Below the pieces are notes generated by a model. It was not told where the DNA came from. It ran no database searches and was given only the letters and a program-made list of their open reading frames with translations. Position numbers and translations under genes: made by a program. Positions 1 through 8,452 of a stretch of DNA of 64,000 nt are shown here, piece by piece. Source of the DNA: a virus (Duplodnaviria; Caudoviricetes); the IMG/VR virus record IMGVR_UViG_3300028603_000028, positions 1 through 64,000 of that record; one strand, written 5' to 3'. How positions within the stretch are numbered: the stretch's first letter is position 1; each line of letters starts with the position of its first letter.

Positions 1-1
1 A

Positions 2-76
2 TGGTGTGATAAAAGGGAATCGAACCCTTATTCGTGGATTCACAGTCCACTGCGTTACCATTACGCCATTATCACC
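2..76 (-). tRNA. tRNA-His(GTG)
   Basis: Cloverleaf: G-1 plus GTGATAA/TTATCAC acceptor stem, loop CT-GTG-AA, T loop TTCGATT, encoded CCA. Confidence 0.95.
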
Positions 77-105
77 ATATAAATAAGGGATTACCCCTTT
101 TAAAT

Positions 106-179
106 TGGAAGTATAGGCGAGAATTGAACTCGCACTCTCACATTGGCAATGTGAAGTTCTACCATTAAACTACTACACC
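106..179 (-). tRNA. tRNA-Gly(GCC)
   Basis: Loop TT-GCC-AA, T loop TTCAATT, U73, encoded CCA. Confidence 0.93.
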
Positions 180-182
180 ATA

Positions 183-257
183 TGGAAGGGATAGTCGGCA
201 ACGGTCCGACAACACCGACTTGGAAGGCCGGTATTTTGCCAATTAAACTATATCCCC
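183..257 (-). tRNA. tRNA-Gly(TCC) with atypical T loop
   Basis: CCGGC-CTTCCAA-GTCGG anticodon arm, GGGGATA/TATCCCT acceptor stem, CCA; T loop is ACCGTTG rather than TTCGANT. Confidence 0.85.
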
Positions 258-267
258 ATATTTTAAA

Positions 268-342
268 TGGTCAGGGTGAGAGGTTTCGAACCTCTGCTCA
301 AAGCGTCCAAGGCTTTGCGACTACCATTATCATACACCCTGA
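268..342 (-). tRNA. tRNA-Gln(TTG)
   Basis: AAAGC-CTTGGAC-GCTTT arm, GGTTCGAAACC T arm, CCA. Confidence 0.95.
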
Positions 343-400
343 TAATATGGCCCACCCTAGTATACATTGTTAAGAGGTCTTGGTGGGAGCTATTTTTTTC

Positions 401-495
401 TGGAGGAAGGTGTGGGGCTCGAACCCACAAAACACCCTTTCGAATGTTCGCCAGTTTTCAAGACTGGTGCAATTGTCCATTTCTGCCAACCTTCC
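401..495 (-). tRNA. tRNA-Ser(TGA)
   Basis: CCAGT-CTTGAAA-ACTGG arm, long variable arm, CCA. Confidence 0.93.
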
Positions 496-497
496 AT

Positions 498-574
498 TGG
501 CGGGATAGCTAGGATTCGAACCTGGACACTCTTGATTAACAGTCAAGTGCTCTACCAGTTGTAGCTACTATCCC
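498..574 (-). tRNA. tRNA-Asn(GTT)
   Basis: CTTGA-CTGTTAA-TCAAG arm, GGTTCGAATCC, CCA. Confidence 0.95.
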
Positions 575-577
575 TTA

Positions 578-651
578 TGGCCAAGGCGGAAAGAATCGAA
601 CTCTCATCAATGGGTTTGGAAGCCATTGTTTTACCATTAAACTACACCCTG
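578..651 (-). tRNA. tRNA-Trp(CCA)
   Basis: ATGGC-TTCCAAA-CCCAT arm (C31:C39 mismatch), TTCGATT loop, CCA. Confidence 0.88.
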
Positions 652-658
652 TTATTAA

Positions 659-744
659 TATAGTGCATCTCGTCGGTCTGGGCGTGAAAATGTTTCATTT
701 CTTCAATTAATTTCGCTTATTCTATTTTCCTGCGATGCACTATA
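659..744. other. Stem-loop inside the tRNA cluster, candidate small ncRNA
   Basis: Perfect 11-bp inverted repeat TATAGTGCATC/GATGCACTATA enclosing ~64 nt that includes a small internal hairpin. Confidence 0.45.
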
Positions 745-760
745 AGATGAAACTTTTGAA

Positions 761-830
761 AGGATAAAGTACTGGAACCTACAACACCATGCTTGCAGGC
801 AGACGCTACTCTCAATTGAGCTACACTTCA
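761..830 (-). pseudogene. Decayed tRNA, probably Ala(TGC)
   Basis: TGAAGTG-TAGCTCAATTGAGAGTAGCGTCTGC-CTGCAA-GCATG...GTAGGTTCCAG-TACTTTA; 6-nt anticodon loop, 3' T-stem arm missing, no CCA. Confidence 0.65.
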
Positions 831-1393
831 ATTTCTAACCAATTATTTGGGTAATCTATTGGAGACCTATTAAATGAGTAATATAATGCTTTATAATATT
901 TATTATTATACTTTACAATATCATTTTTTTGATAAGTATTATATCTAAAATAATCTTCACCTAGCCTTTGCCAAGCGTTTGAGTTACTTCCTGGTTCTAC
1001 TCCATTAGCTCCTTCGTGTCTAACTAACCATTCATAATTGTTATGGATTACAATATCTCCTTCATAGTATGTATTATATGACCTATAGTAATCTGTAATC
1101 TCTACCACTGGTCCATAAGGAACTACATAATTTAAATTTATTGTCCCATCTGAGTTTAAAAACAAACTCGGATTAAACCAATTCTTTACTTCAAATATCA
1201 TATTGTCAAATATAAAAAAGTCTCCTATACCATAGTCATTATTTTCATCAAACTGTGATATATTCAAATTGAATACTCCTACTTCAAAGGATATTTGTTT
1301 TATTTGTTTCTTTATATCAAAAGCAAATATTGTGGCCATACTTACAATAAGTGTTAACAATACTGTAAGTATGGTTTTAAACATAGTTTTCAT
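821..1393 (-). CDS. Exported or membrane-anchored protein with two C-terminal CBM5/12 (chitin-binding type) modules
   Basis: N-terminal hydrophobic helix; YYEGDIVIHNNYEW...EPG...AW and YQKNDIVKYNNKYYKA...P...W. Confidence 0.7.
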   Translation of the reverse strand: MKTMFKTILTVLLTLIVSMATIFAFDIKKQIKQISFEVGVFNLNISQFDENNDYGIGDFFIFDNMIFEVKNWFNPSLFLNSDGTINLNYVVPYGPVVEITDYYRSYNTYYEGDIVIHNNYEWLVRHEGANGVEPGSNSNAWQRLGEDYFRYNTYQKNDIVKYNNKYYKALYYSFNRSPIDYPNNWLEIEV

Positions 1394-1405
1394 GATTACA
1401 AATTA

Positions 1406-1915
1406 TTAATCTACTGTTACATTAATTGTAATAGTAACTGTTTTTAAAGTTCCTATCACTGAAGTATAGTCAGTATCAACAGGTAGGTTTTTAAACTTAA
1501 TTGTTATTACAAGGTCTAAATAAGAGTCCAATCCTTCATCTAAATCTGCCTTAATAGTATCAAAGTTAGTTTCTATCTCAAATAGTGAGCTGTCTGGATT
1601 ATCAATTGTTAGGACTGTATCTAAAACTACGCCTTCTTTGGGGTTGTCTAATTTAACTTTAAAAGTATATACTAACTCGTAAGTATCATCATCTCCCTTT
1701 ATAGCTCCATTTGGTATTAATTTTTTCCCATCATGGTCTGCATCTAACTCTCCATCTTCAAGTGTTAATACTACAGGCTCACCAACTGGAATGCCAATAT
1801 GTTTCACTTTAGTAAGAGAGTCCCAGGCAAACACAATTGCTGTGAATAAAATCAGTATCATTATAAAACTAAATATAGATTTAGTTAGTCTGTTTTTGTT
1901 GTTTTTTGTTTTCAT
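1406..1915 (-). CDS. Exported or membrane-anchored hypothetical protein
   Basis: AGGAG then ATG at 1915 (ORF track starts at 1987); basic N-terminus, TM helix, AWD motif, beta-rich domain. Confidence 0.7.
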   Translation of the reverse strand: MKTKNNKNRLTKSIFSFIMILILFTAIVFAWDSLTKVKHIGIPVGEPVVLTLEDGELDADHDGKKLIPNGAIKGDDDTYELVYTFKVKLDNPKEGVVLDTVLTIDNPDSSLFEIETNFDTIKADLDEGLDSYLDLVITIKFKNLPVDTDYTSVIGTLKTVTITINVTVD

Positions 1916-2073
1916 ATTTTTATTTCTCCTTTTATTTAAATTCTTTCGCGCTCTTGCTTCTTGGTTAATCATGGTTACATTGAACATTGGCTCATTGATA
2001 CCTAGATTAGCGAACTCTTACTACTTCTCAGTATTTAAGCCATTCCAACATATTCTAAAATTCTCTAAGTTCA

Positions 2074-2580
2074 TTATTCCACCTTTTCATTGCTTTCATC
2101 ATCATCAAAATATTTATTTGCTAACATAACATTAAATGTTGGAATTAGATTTGGAATAATTTTATTAATAGTTTTTACACCAATACCTAATTTAAGATTT
2201 TTAGTTATAATATTGAAAAATAGTTCTTTGCACTCTTCTGTGATATTAGTAAATTGATAAAACTTATAATCAATAATATCTTCATCTCGACCTGTATTAT
2301 TTATTTTAAGATTATCGAGAAATTGTTTTACTGTTCTTTTATCTTCTGGTAGATGTAGGTAAGGATTTAATTTAAAATGAAATTTTTTACTTGCTTTTTT
2401 TTCTGATAACCCTGTAATTATATATGGATTATAAACAAAATCTAAATAATATTTAATATCTTCATCATCTTTATATTTTTCAATTATAGATGTTTTATAA
2501 ATTCGACTATTATCTGCAAGAACTTCATCTACAAATTTTTTAAACTTATATAATGTTTTCATATTTTTCCCTTCTTTCAT
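2074..2580 (-). pseudogene. N-terminal fragment of an ATP-dependent DNA ligase
   Basis: LKLGIGVKTINKIIPNLIPTFNVMLANKY resembles the phage-ligase segment just before motif I; the ORF stops before KxDG. Confidence 0.65.
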
Positions 2581-2594
2581 AAACTTTTAAAAAC

Positions 2595-2669
2595 TGGTGG
2601 ACCTGGCTGGACTCGAACCAACAACCACCCCGTTATGAGCGGGGAGCTCTGCCGTTAAGCTACAGGTCC
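2595..2669 (-). tRNA. tRNA with CAT anticodon, Ile2 (lysidine) type more likely than Met
   Basis: GGACCTG...CCCCG-CTCATAA-CGGGG...CAGGTCC-A-CCA; resembles Bacillota GGACCT-type Ile2 tRNAs. Confidence 0.85.
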
Positions 2670-2672
2670 TTA

Positions 2673-2758
2673 TGGTGGACAGAGGAGGACTCGAACCTCC
2701 AATGCCGTTAGGCGGCAGATTTACAGTCTGCTGTGTTACCAATTACAACTACCCGTCC
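2673..2758 (-). tRNA. tRNA-Tyr(GTA)
   Basis: GCAGA-CTGTAAA-TCTGC arm, long variable arm, CCA. Confidence 0.95.
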
Positions 2759-2765
2759 ATATAGA

Positions 2766-2796
2766 TTCTTACCTACCTTAGTAAAGTAGGTAAGAA
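2766..2796. terminator. Hairpin upstream of the tRNAs (terminator or processing site)
   Basis: TTCTTACCTAC-loop-GTAGGTAAGAA perfect 11-bp stem. Confidence 0.4.
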
Positions 2797-2895
2797 AATT
2801 GTTAACTTTCTTTTTTAAAGTAGAGATAGTAAGAACTACTAGTTATAATATAGAAAATTGAAGAGGTGGGTATGATTAATCATCACCCACATTTA

Positions 2896-2926
2896 TAATA
2901 GTATCGAGTTTTTATTCTATGATTAG
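2896..2926 (-). promoter_or_regulatory. Class I phage promoter motif
   Basis: CTAATCATA-N-GATACTATTA motif that recurs at several intergenic sites. Confidence 0.6.
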
Positions 2927-2931
2927 GAATT

Positions 2932-4359
2932 TTAGCTTTCTAAGAATCTTAGGTATGTTTTAACACTATCTCTTTCATCTTCATCTAAGTTGTTTATAAT
3001 AAATGCCATATTATTTATAGTATCTTTTATCTTATGTGATACAAAGGATGCTTCAGAGCTAGCCCCTATGTTATCTACCTCTTTACCATATATACGAATT
3101 ATATCTCTAGCACTATTACCCCTTAATAATAGTAGTGCTATGTTCTTCTCAGTTAATTCTATTTGTCCTAATTCTTCGTCATTTCCTATATATGTATGCT
3201 TACGTGTTCTATAAGGTTTAAAGTCTAATAATTCTATGATTTCGTCCACTATCTTTTTACCTTCTTCTATGTCTTCATCATATATAGCTTTATCACTTAC
3301 GGACCTAGTATTATAATCTACTTCAGAATCTAGGTATTCTCTATCAGAGTTAGAGTATTTTCTATTTAAACTTGGTTCATTCCTTTTATACTCTCTGCGT
3401 TCACGCCTAGACACGTTCCATACGAAGTGACTGTTTAGCATTCTGTATACTATTGGTTCTAATATATCATAATCTGTATTGAAGTAGTTCTTCCTAAATA
3501 AGCCTAGAGCATATAGAGCTGCTTCTTGTGTAAAGTCTTCTTCTGTATAGGAAGTATTATCCCATACTCCAGCTCTCGTCTTACTATTATATATTATTGG
3601 AGCAACATTGTAAACAGCAGAAACTAATTCATCTTCAGTCCAACCTCTAATATTTTCATAGTTATGTTCACCTGGTTCTGCCGTGTTCTTATGTGCTATC
3701 CTATAACCACCGAGTTCTTCTGTCTTTCTAGTTTCATCATATTCTAATGGTTCTAAGTTTATTTTACTACCAGGAACTGCTGGTCTAGTTATTGGTTCTG
3801 ACCGAAATGTACTATCCTTTGTACCTGTAAATCTTTCAGTTAATGGCACTTGTTCTTCTTCGTCATAATATGCAGTTTGTTCTGTTTCAAACACTGTTCC
3901 ATCAAATTCAAATACAACATAATTATTATCGTCTAACTTTGTAGAATAATCTACTGGTGTATCATAAACCTTGAATGAGCAGTCTGGACCAAAGGCTATA
4001 ATAGATTCTTGACCAAACCATTCATTAGCATTTTCTACTAATTCACGAGCTATATATTCATCTCCAAATATAAAGTAACTGTTTGGATTAGATACACCTT
4101 GGTAATATTCAGGAGCCTTTATATAGTCTAAGTTGAGCGCATCTAAGTATTCTTTTAAGAATATAATTGATTGTGCTTGTGCTTCTTCTACAGCTGGGGC
4201 ATCATAAAATCTAGTTACTTTATTAAGTATATTAATATCTGAGGTGTCAATATCTGTAGACATAGCAATAGTAAAATTACCATCTGCTCTATTATTAACC
4301 AACTTATCCATATCGCTGATTACATCATAGACAGGTTTCTTCATCCCTTTATTATTCAT
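2932..4359 (-). CDS. Sigma70-like factor domain fused to a long N-terminal region
   Basis: EDFTQEAALYALGLF (region 2-like), SLN (region 3-like), C-terminal HTH-like LLLRGNSARDIIRIYG. Confidence 0.45.
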   Translation of the reverse strand: MNNKGMKKPVYDVISDMDKLVNNRADGNFTIAMSTDIDTSDINILNKVTRFYDAPAVEEAQAQSIIFLKEYLDALNLDYIKAPEYYQGVSNPNSYFIFGDEYIARELVENANEWFGQESIIAFGPDCSFKVYDTPVDYSTKLDDNNYVVFEFDGTVFETEQTAYYDEEEQVPLTERFTGTKDSTFRSEPITRPAVPGSKINLEPLEYDETRKTEELGGYRIAHKNTAEPGEHNYENIRGWTEDELVSAVYNVAPIIYNSKTRAGVWDNTSYTEEDFTQEAALYALGLFRKNYFNTDYDILEPIVYRMLNSHFVWNVSRRERREYKRNEPSLNRKYSNSDREYLDSEVDYNTRSVSDKAIYDEDIEEGKKIVDEIIELLDFKPYRTRKHTYIGNDEELGQIELTEKNIALLLLRGNSARDIIRIYGKEVDNIGASSEASFVSHKIKDTINNMAFIINNLDEDERDSVKTYLRFLES

Positions 4360-4362
4360 ATG

Positions 4363-5523
4363 TTATTTCACTACCCCTTTAAATACTATTTTTTTATCTA
4401 TTCTATAAGGTTTATTTAATCTTGATTCTTTTCTAATATTAGATTTAGCTAGTCTAATTATACCTCGTTGAATAGGTTGAACTACTTCTGTTCCCTCAGT
4501 CGGTTGGTCTAATCTTTCTCTACTAACTATCCAGAAGTTTCTATCATGATTTTCTGCTAATACAAAGTATCTGCGTCCATCTTTAATGAATGAATCTAAT
4601 AGTTGTGTATCTCTATTCTTTCTAATATTCTCACCTAGCTTGGATATTGTTTGCTTAGCAATATTCTTAGACTTAGGGAATGCATTATAAATCTTCTTAT
4701 TATCTACTTCAACAACTAATACAGTTTTATCTTTGTTAAGGTACTTGAACTTTGTATTTGCTTTTAATACCTCAGTTGCTTCTACCTTTATTTTATTAGC
4801 TAGAGTATTAAGAGATTTACTTACATTAGTAAACTTCTTATATGCTTTAGCGTTCTCTGTTATCTCTTCAAAGTCTTCAGCAGGTGTATCCATTTCCATA
4901 TCACCAAAGTCAAAATCATCGGAGTCTCCACCAAAGTCATCTGAGCTTGGTAATTCACTACCAAAAGAGTCTTCTTCTTCTTTCTCTTCTTCTACAATGT
5001 CTTCTCCAACCAATTCAAAAGCTTTGGTAAAGTTACCTGTAGATAAATATGTAGTTTTTATTATATCAGCGAATTTACTACTATCAGTACTAAAACCATA
5101 TACCTCTGCATAGAGCGCTAGGTTTATATTAAAGTCACTTAACATAGTTTTACTAATTTCTTTATTATCTACTTCTTTTATGTCTTCATATATCTTACTT
5201 ACATTCTCCGGTACAACTATAGCTAGTTTATCACCTTGTTGTAGTACTACTATTTTAACTAGTAGTTCTCCGTTAATAACAGCTGGGATTTGCTTATACA
5301 TTACTTTTAATGGTAAGTTATTGTAGTTAGTGTCATCACTTTCTACAAGACCTACTTTAGTTACAGTGTCTAATAAAGTTTCACTGTTCTTTATCTCTAA
5401 GTCAGATAAAGCTTTAACTAGTTGTGCATAAGAATCTATTGTATCCTTTGACTCTATGTTACGTAAACTAGTAGGAGAATTTTCGACTAGTATAAGTATT
5501 TTGTTTTTATTTTTTTTATCCAT
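4363..5523 (-). CDS. Hypothetical protein with acidic linker
   Basis: 386-aa ORF with RBS, in operon. Confidence 0.8.
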   Translation of the reverse strand: MDKKNKNKILILVENSPTSLRNIESKDTIDSYAQLVKALSDLEIKNSETLLDTVTKVGLVESDDTNYNNLPLKVMYKQIPAVINGELLVKIVVLQQGDKLAIVVPENVSKIYEDIKEVDNKEISKTMLSDFNINLALYAEVYGFSTDSSKFADIIKTTYLSTGNFTKAFELVGEDIVEEEKEEEDSFGSELPSSDDFGGDSDDFDFGDMEMDTPAEDFEEITENAKAYKKFTNVSKSLNTLANKIKVEATEVLKANTKFKYLNKDKTVLVVEVDNKKIYNAFPKSKNIAKQTISKLGENIRKNRDTQLLDSFIKDGRRYFVLAENHDRNFWIVSRERLDQPTEGTEVVQPIQRGIIRLAKSNIRKESRLNKPYRIDKKIVFKGVVK

Positions 5524-5534
5524 TAAGTTTCCCC

Positions 5535-7517
5535 CTAATAAGCACTTTCACTAAATTCTATATCTATATATTTTTTAACATTATCATCTAATACTTTGTT
5601 TAGTTTTTCAACATCTTTTGTATATAGTGTTTCTAAGAATCCAGAACCTGTGAATGCTTTCTTATCTATAATTCTAACTTTAGCTGGTATAATTAAACTA
5701 CTAAGCGCTCTACAGCTTGCAAGTGAGCCTTCTGCTAAAATTTCTAGTTTTGCAGGAAGTTCTACACTTCTTACAGCTGACATCCTAAAACAATTCATAG
5801 GTAGAAGTTTTATATTTGTGTCTTTTAAATATACATTTCTTAACTTAGTTTCTTCGAATTGGCCTTGCTTTAGTTCTGTGAATGAGCTAGGCAAACGTAG
5901 GCTTACTATATTATTTGGAAATTCACCAATTAAGGCAGTTATACCTTCTGGGATGTCAAAGTCACTTCCTACATTAGCATCTTTTAAGAACTTAAGTCTA
6001 CTATTAAATACATATATATTTTCATCTCTATAGTCTAGTGGTCGTCTTATAAATTCATCTTCTTCAAAATTCTCACGCCTAGTCCTAAGTCTTTCAGTTA
6101 ATGGTTTACTTGGAACATCAAATACATCTTCTGGGAACATTTCAAGTGCCTTAGGTTTCTTAACAATATATTCATTACCATCTATAAATACACCAAACTT
6201 TATTTTACCCTTTAAGCCAGCATTTTCAAAAGCGTCCATGTGAATATGTCTAAGTCCATTATAAGCCCTTATAATAGTTAAGTTAGGGCAGTTAATAAAT
6301 GCATTTTCATCTATGTATTGTAATGTATATGGTAGTACTAGTTCTCTAAGTTTTGTTTTGTCTTTAAATGCTTCACTTTCAATAATACGTATACCTTGAG
6401 GTAATACTACAAATTCTTCATTACCATTATATCTTTCCAAACTTACACCATCTTTTTTAAATTCTTCAGCACCTGAGTTAATCTCTAATGCAGTATAGGC
6501 ATATGTTGGAGGAGTTATTAGTTTAGTATGTTTAACTCCATGATAGGGGCGGTTTGAAAAACTGTGAAATCCGATATTACCGTGACCATCACTTTCAGGT
6601 GCGTCTGGTGATAATAAATATATCTCTCCAAGTTGGTCTCTTATTTTTTGCCTATCAAGAGGGTCCATACTTACTAAATCACTAAAGGTTGCATTTTCCC
6701 CTTTAGGGTGAATCCTCTTTATATTATCTAATACTATCTTTGCTGGGTTATGCTTTGAGAAGGTTACTAACCACTTATTACTACTACTATGTCTCTGATT
6801 TGTAAAAGCATATTGACCAGCTAGATTACACCAGTTTGTAGTGAAATAAGATTCTACATTTTCAGCCCCACGTGCTTTTTTAAACTCTTCGATAAGTGGG
6901 TCATCTGCATCCTTCCAGCTTGTCATATAGAAGGTCTTAATCTCTGAACCTCCAGAAGCAGTATCTGCCCATTTATCTAAGAGAAATGTTATCCAGTTTT
7001 CATCTTCACCAACTTTTAAATGGTCCCACTTAGTTGAACTAAGTAGTGCGTCGTTTATAACCTTTTTATTTTCAACCTCGTTAGAAGGTACTAACTCAAT
7101 GCTATCTTCTTCGTCTTCTTTTATAGCTATCTCAAACTCATTTAATAGTTTATTATTATTAAGTAGAGTTAGTAAAATTTCATAAAATAGCTTAGGTTTA
7201 TTAACATAACTTTGTGGACTTTTAAATGTATTCCTAATACTCGCTGGAATTTTATTATCCTTAAATGAATAGTTAAGTGTGTCGTAATTCTTTAATCTAT
7301 TTGACTCTAATAGGCCTAGCTTCTTTAAAGCTGCATAGAAGCCTACATAATAACTAGCTTCATCTTCTGTTAAACCAACTGAATCGATAAGCTTTTGTTT
7401 AATAACATCAATTGATTCTTTATCTCTTTTTGTTAATTGTACTACCTCGTCTAATCTACTAAGCTTTCTTCTATCAATCTTTTTTCCCATGTTAAATACC
7501 GAATCTGCTTTCCTCAT
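5535..7517 (-). CDS. BspA-type leucine-rich-repeat (LRR_5) protein
   Basis: VVLPQGIRIIESEAF, LVLPYTLQYIDENAFINC, VELPAKLEILAEGSLASC repeats. Confidence 0.8.
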   Translation of the reverse strand: MRKADSVFNMGKKIDRRKLSRLDEVVQLTKRDKESIDVIKQKLIDSVGLTEDEASYYVGFYAALKKLGLLESNRLKNYDTLNYSFKDNKIPASIRNTFKSPQSYVNKPKLFYEILLTLLNNNKLLNEFEIAIKEDEEDSIELVPSNEVENKKVINDALLSSTKWDHLKVGEDENWITFLLDKWADTASGGSEIKTFYMTSWKDADDPLIEEFKKARGAENVESYFTTNWCNLAGQYAFTNQRHSSSNKWLVTFSKHNPAKIVLDNIKRIHPKGENATFSDLVSMDPLDRQKIRDQLGEIYLLSPDAPESDGHGNIGFHSFSNRPYHGVKHTKLITPPTYAYTALEINSGAEEFKKDGVSLERYNGNEEFVVLPQGIRIIESEAFKDKTKLRELVLPYTLQYIDENAFINCPNLTIIRAYNGLRHIHMDAFENAGLKGKIKFGVFIDGNEYIVKKPKALEMFPEDVFDVPSKPLTERLRTRRENFEEDEFIRRPLDYRDENIYVFNSRLKFLKDANVGSDFDIPEGITALIGEFPNNIVSLRLPSSFTELKQGQFEETKLRNVYLKDTNIKLLPMNCFRMSAVRSVELPAKLEILAEGSLASCRALSSLIIPAKVRIIDKKAFTGSGFLETLYTKDVEKLNKVLDDNVKKYIDIEFSESAY

Positions 7518-7899
7518 GTTCTAACTTATTGCCTAAATGTTTTAGTTCTGTTTTTGTTGGCTTACTTAAATCTTTAAAAACTTTTAAATCCTGCGGAGTT
7601 AGTACAGTTCTCGCAGTATAATACTCAGTCTCATTTGGCATTTCTCTTCTGACGTAATACTGATTACCAGCTTTTTCTAAATAATATACTGAATCTTTAT
7701 TTTTTACGCTTAGAATGTCAGCACTCTTATTTTCTAGTACTAATATTTTTAATAATGGGAAAAGCATTTTATTAATAATTGTTTTATTTTTATTCTTATA
7801 TTTTCCCTCTGTTAATAGTTTAGGAGCACTTTCCGCACCAAAAGTATTAACAATAATGTCTGCCATTCTTTCATATTGTTCACGTGTTATTTTTTTCAT
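7492..7899 (-). CDS. Hypothetical protein
   Basis: 135-aa ORF overlapping its neighbour. Confidence 0.7.
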   Translation of the reverse strand: MKKITREQYERMADIIVNTFGAESAPKLLTEGKYKNKNKTIINKMLFPLLKILVLENKSADILSVKNKDSVYYLEKAGNQYYVRREMPNETEYYTARTVLTPQDLKVFKDLSKPTKTELKHLGNKLEHEESRFGI

Positions 7900-7902
7900 A
7901 TA

Positions 7903-8439
7903 TTAGTTCCACCATCCTTTTGTATTTATTTTCTTAGTGCTAGTTAATTTTAAGTCAGGTTTAACTGGACCTTTTTCATGTATGTCTACAGTAGTATTCT
8001 TAGTATCTAACTTAGTCTCATCTTGGTCTATTTCAATACCATCATTATCATCATTATCACCATTCATTAATCTCTCCACAATTGCTATGTATGGTGCTGC
8101 TTCATCTGCTGATGCATATTGTTCAATAATATTGCCATCGGCTAAGAAGTCTTTAATTAATCCATACATGAATATTGAACTTGCTTGAGCCTTATAGTCG
8201 TCTGCATTTTCAATATTTATTTCTGCTTCTTGGTATCCATCTTCTGTTTGACCATGCAACCTTTCAGGATTGCCTGTTCTTATTACCCTATCACATATTT
8301 CCATCTGTCTATTTGCAGACTGCATAAATTGGTGTGGTGTTACGTTTTCATAATTTGGTGTTTGTGATATTATCATTGCTAACACTTCAAAGTCAGCTAA
8401 TGAAACACGTTCAACAAAGTCACTCATGTTAAATGCCAT
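7903..8439 (-). CDS. Hypothetical protein, WW-tail paralog 1
   Basis: Ends HEKGPVKPDLKLTSTKKINTKGWWN. Confidence 0.8.
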   Translation of the reverse strand: MAFNMSDFVERVSLADFEVLAMIISQTPNYENVTPHQFMQSANRQMEICDRVIRTGNPERLHGQTEDGYQEAEINIENADDYKAQASSIFMYGLIKDFLADGNIIEQYASADEAAPYIAIVERLMNGDNDDNDGIEIDQDETKLDTKNTTVDIHEKGPVKPDLKLTSTKKINTKGWWN

Positions 8440-8452
8440 TTAATCATCTCCT

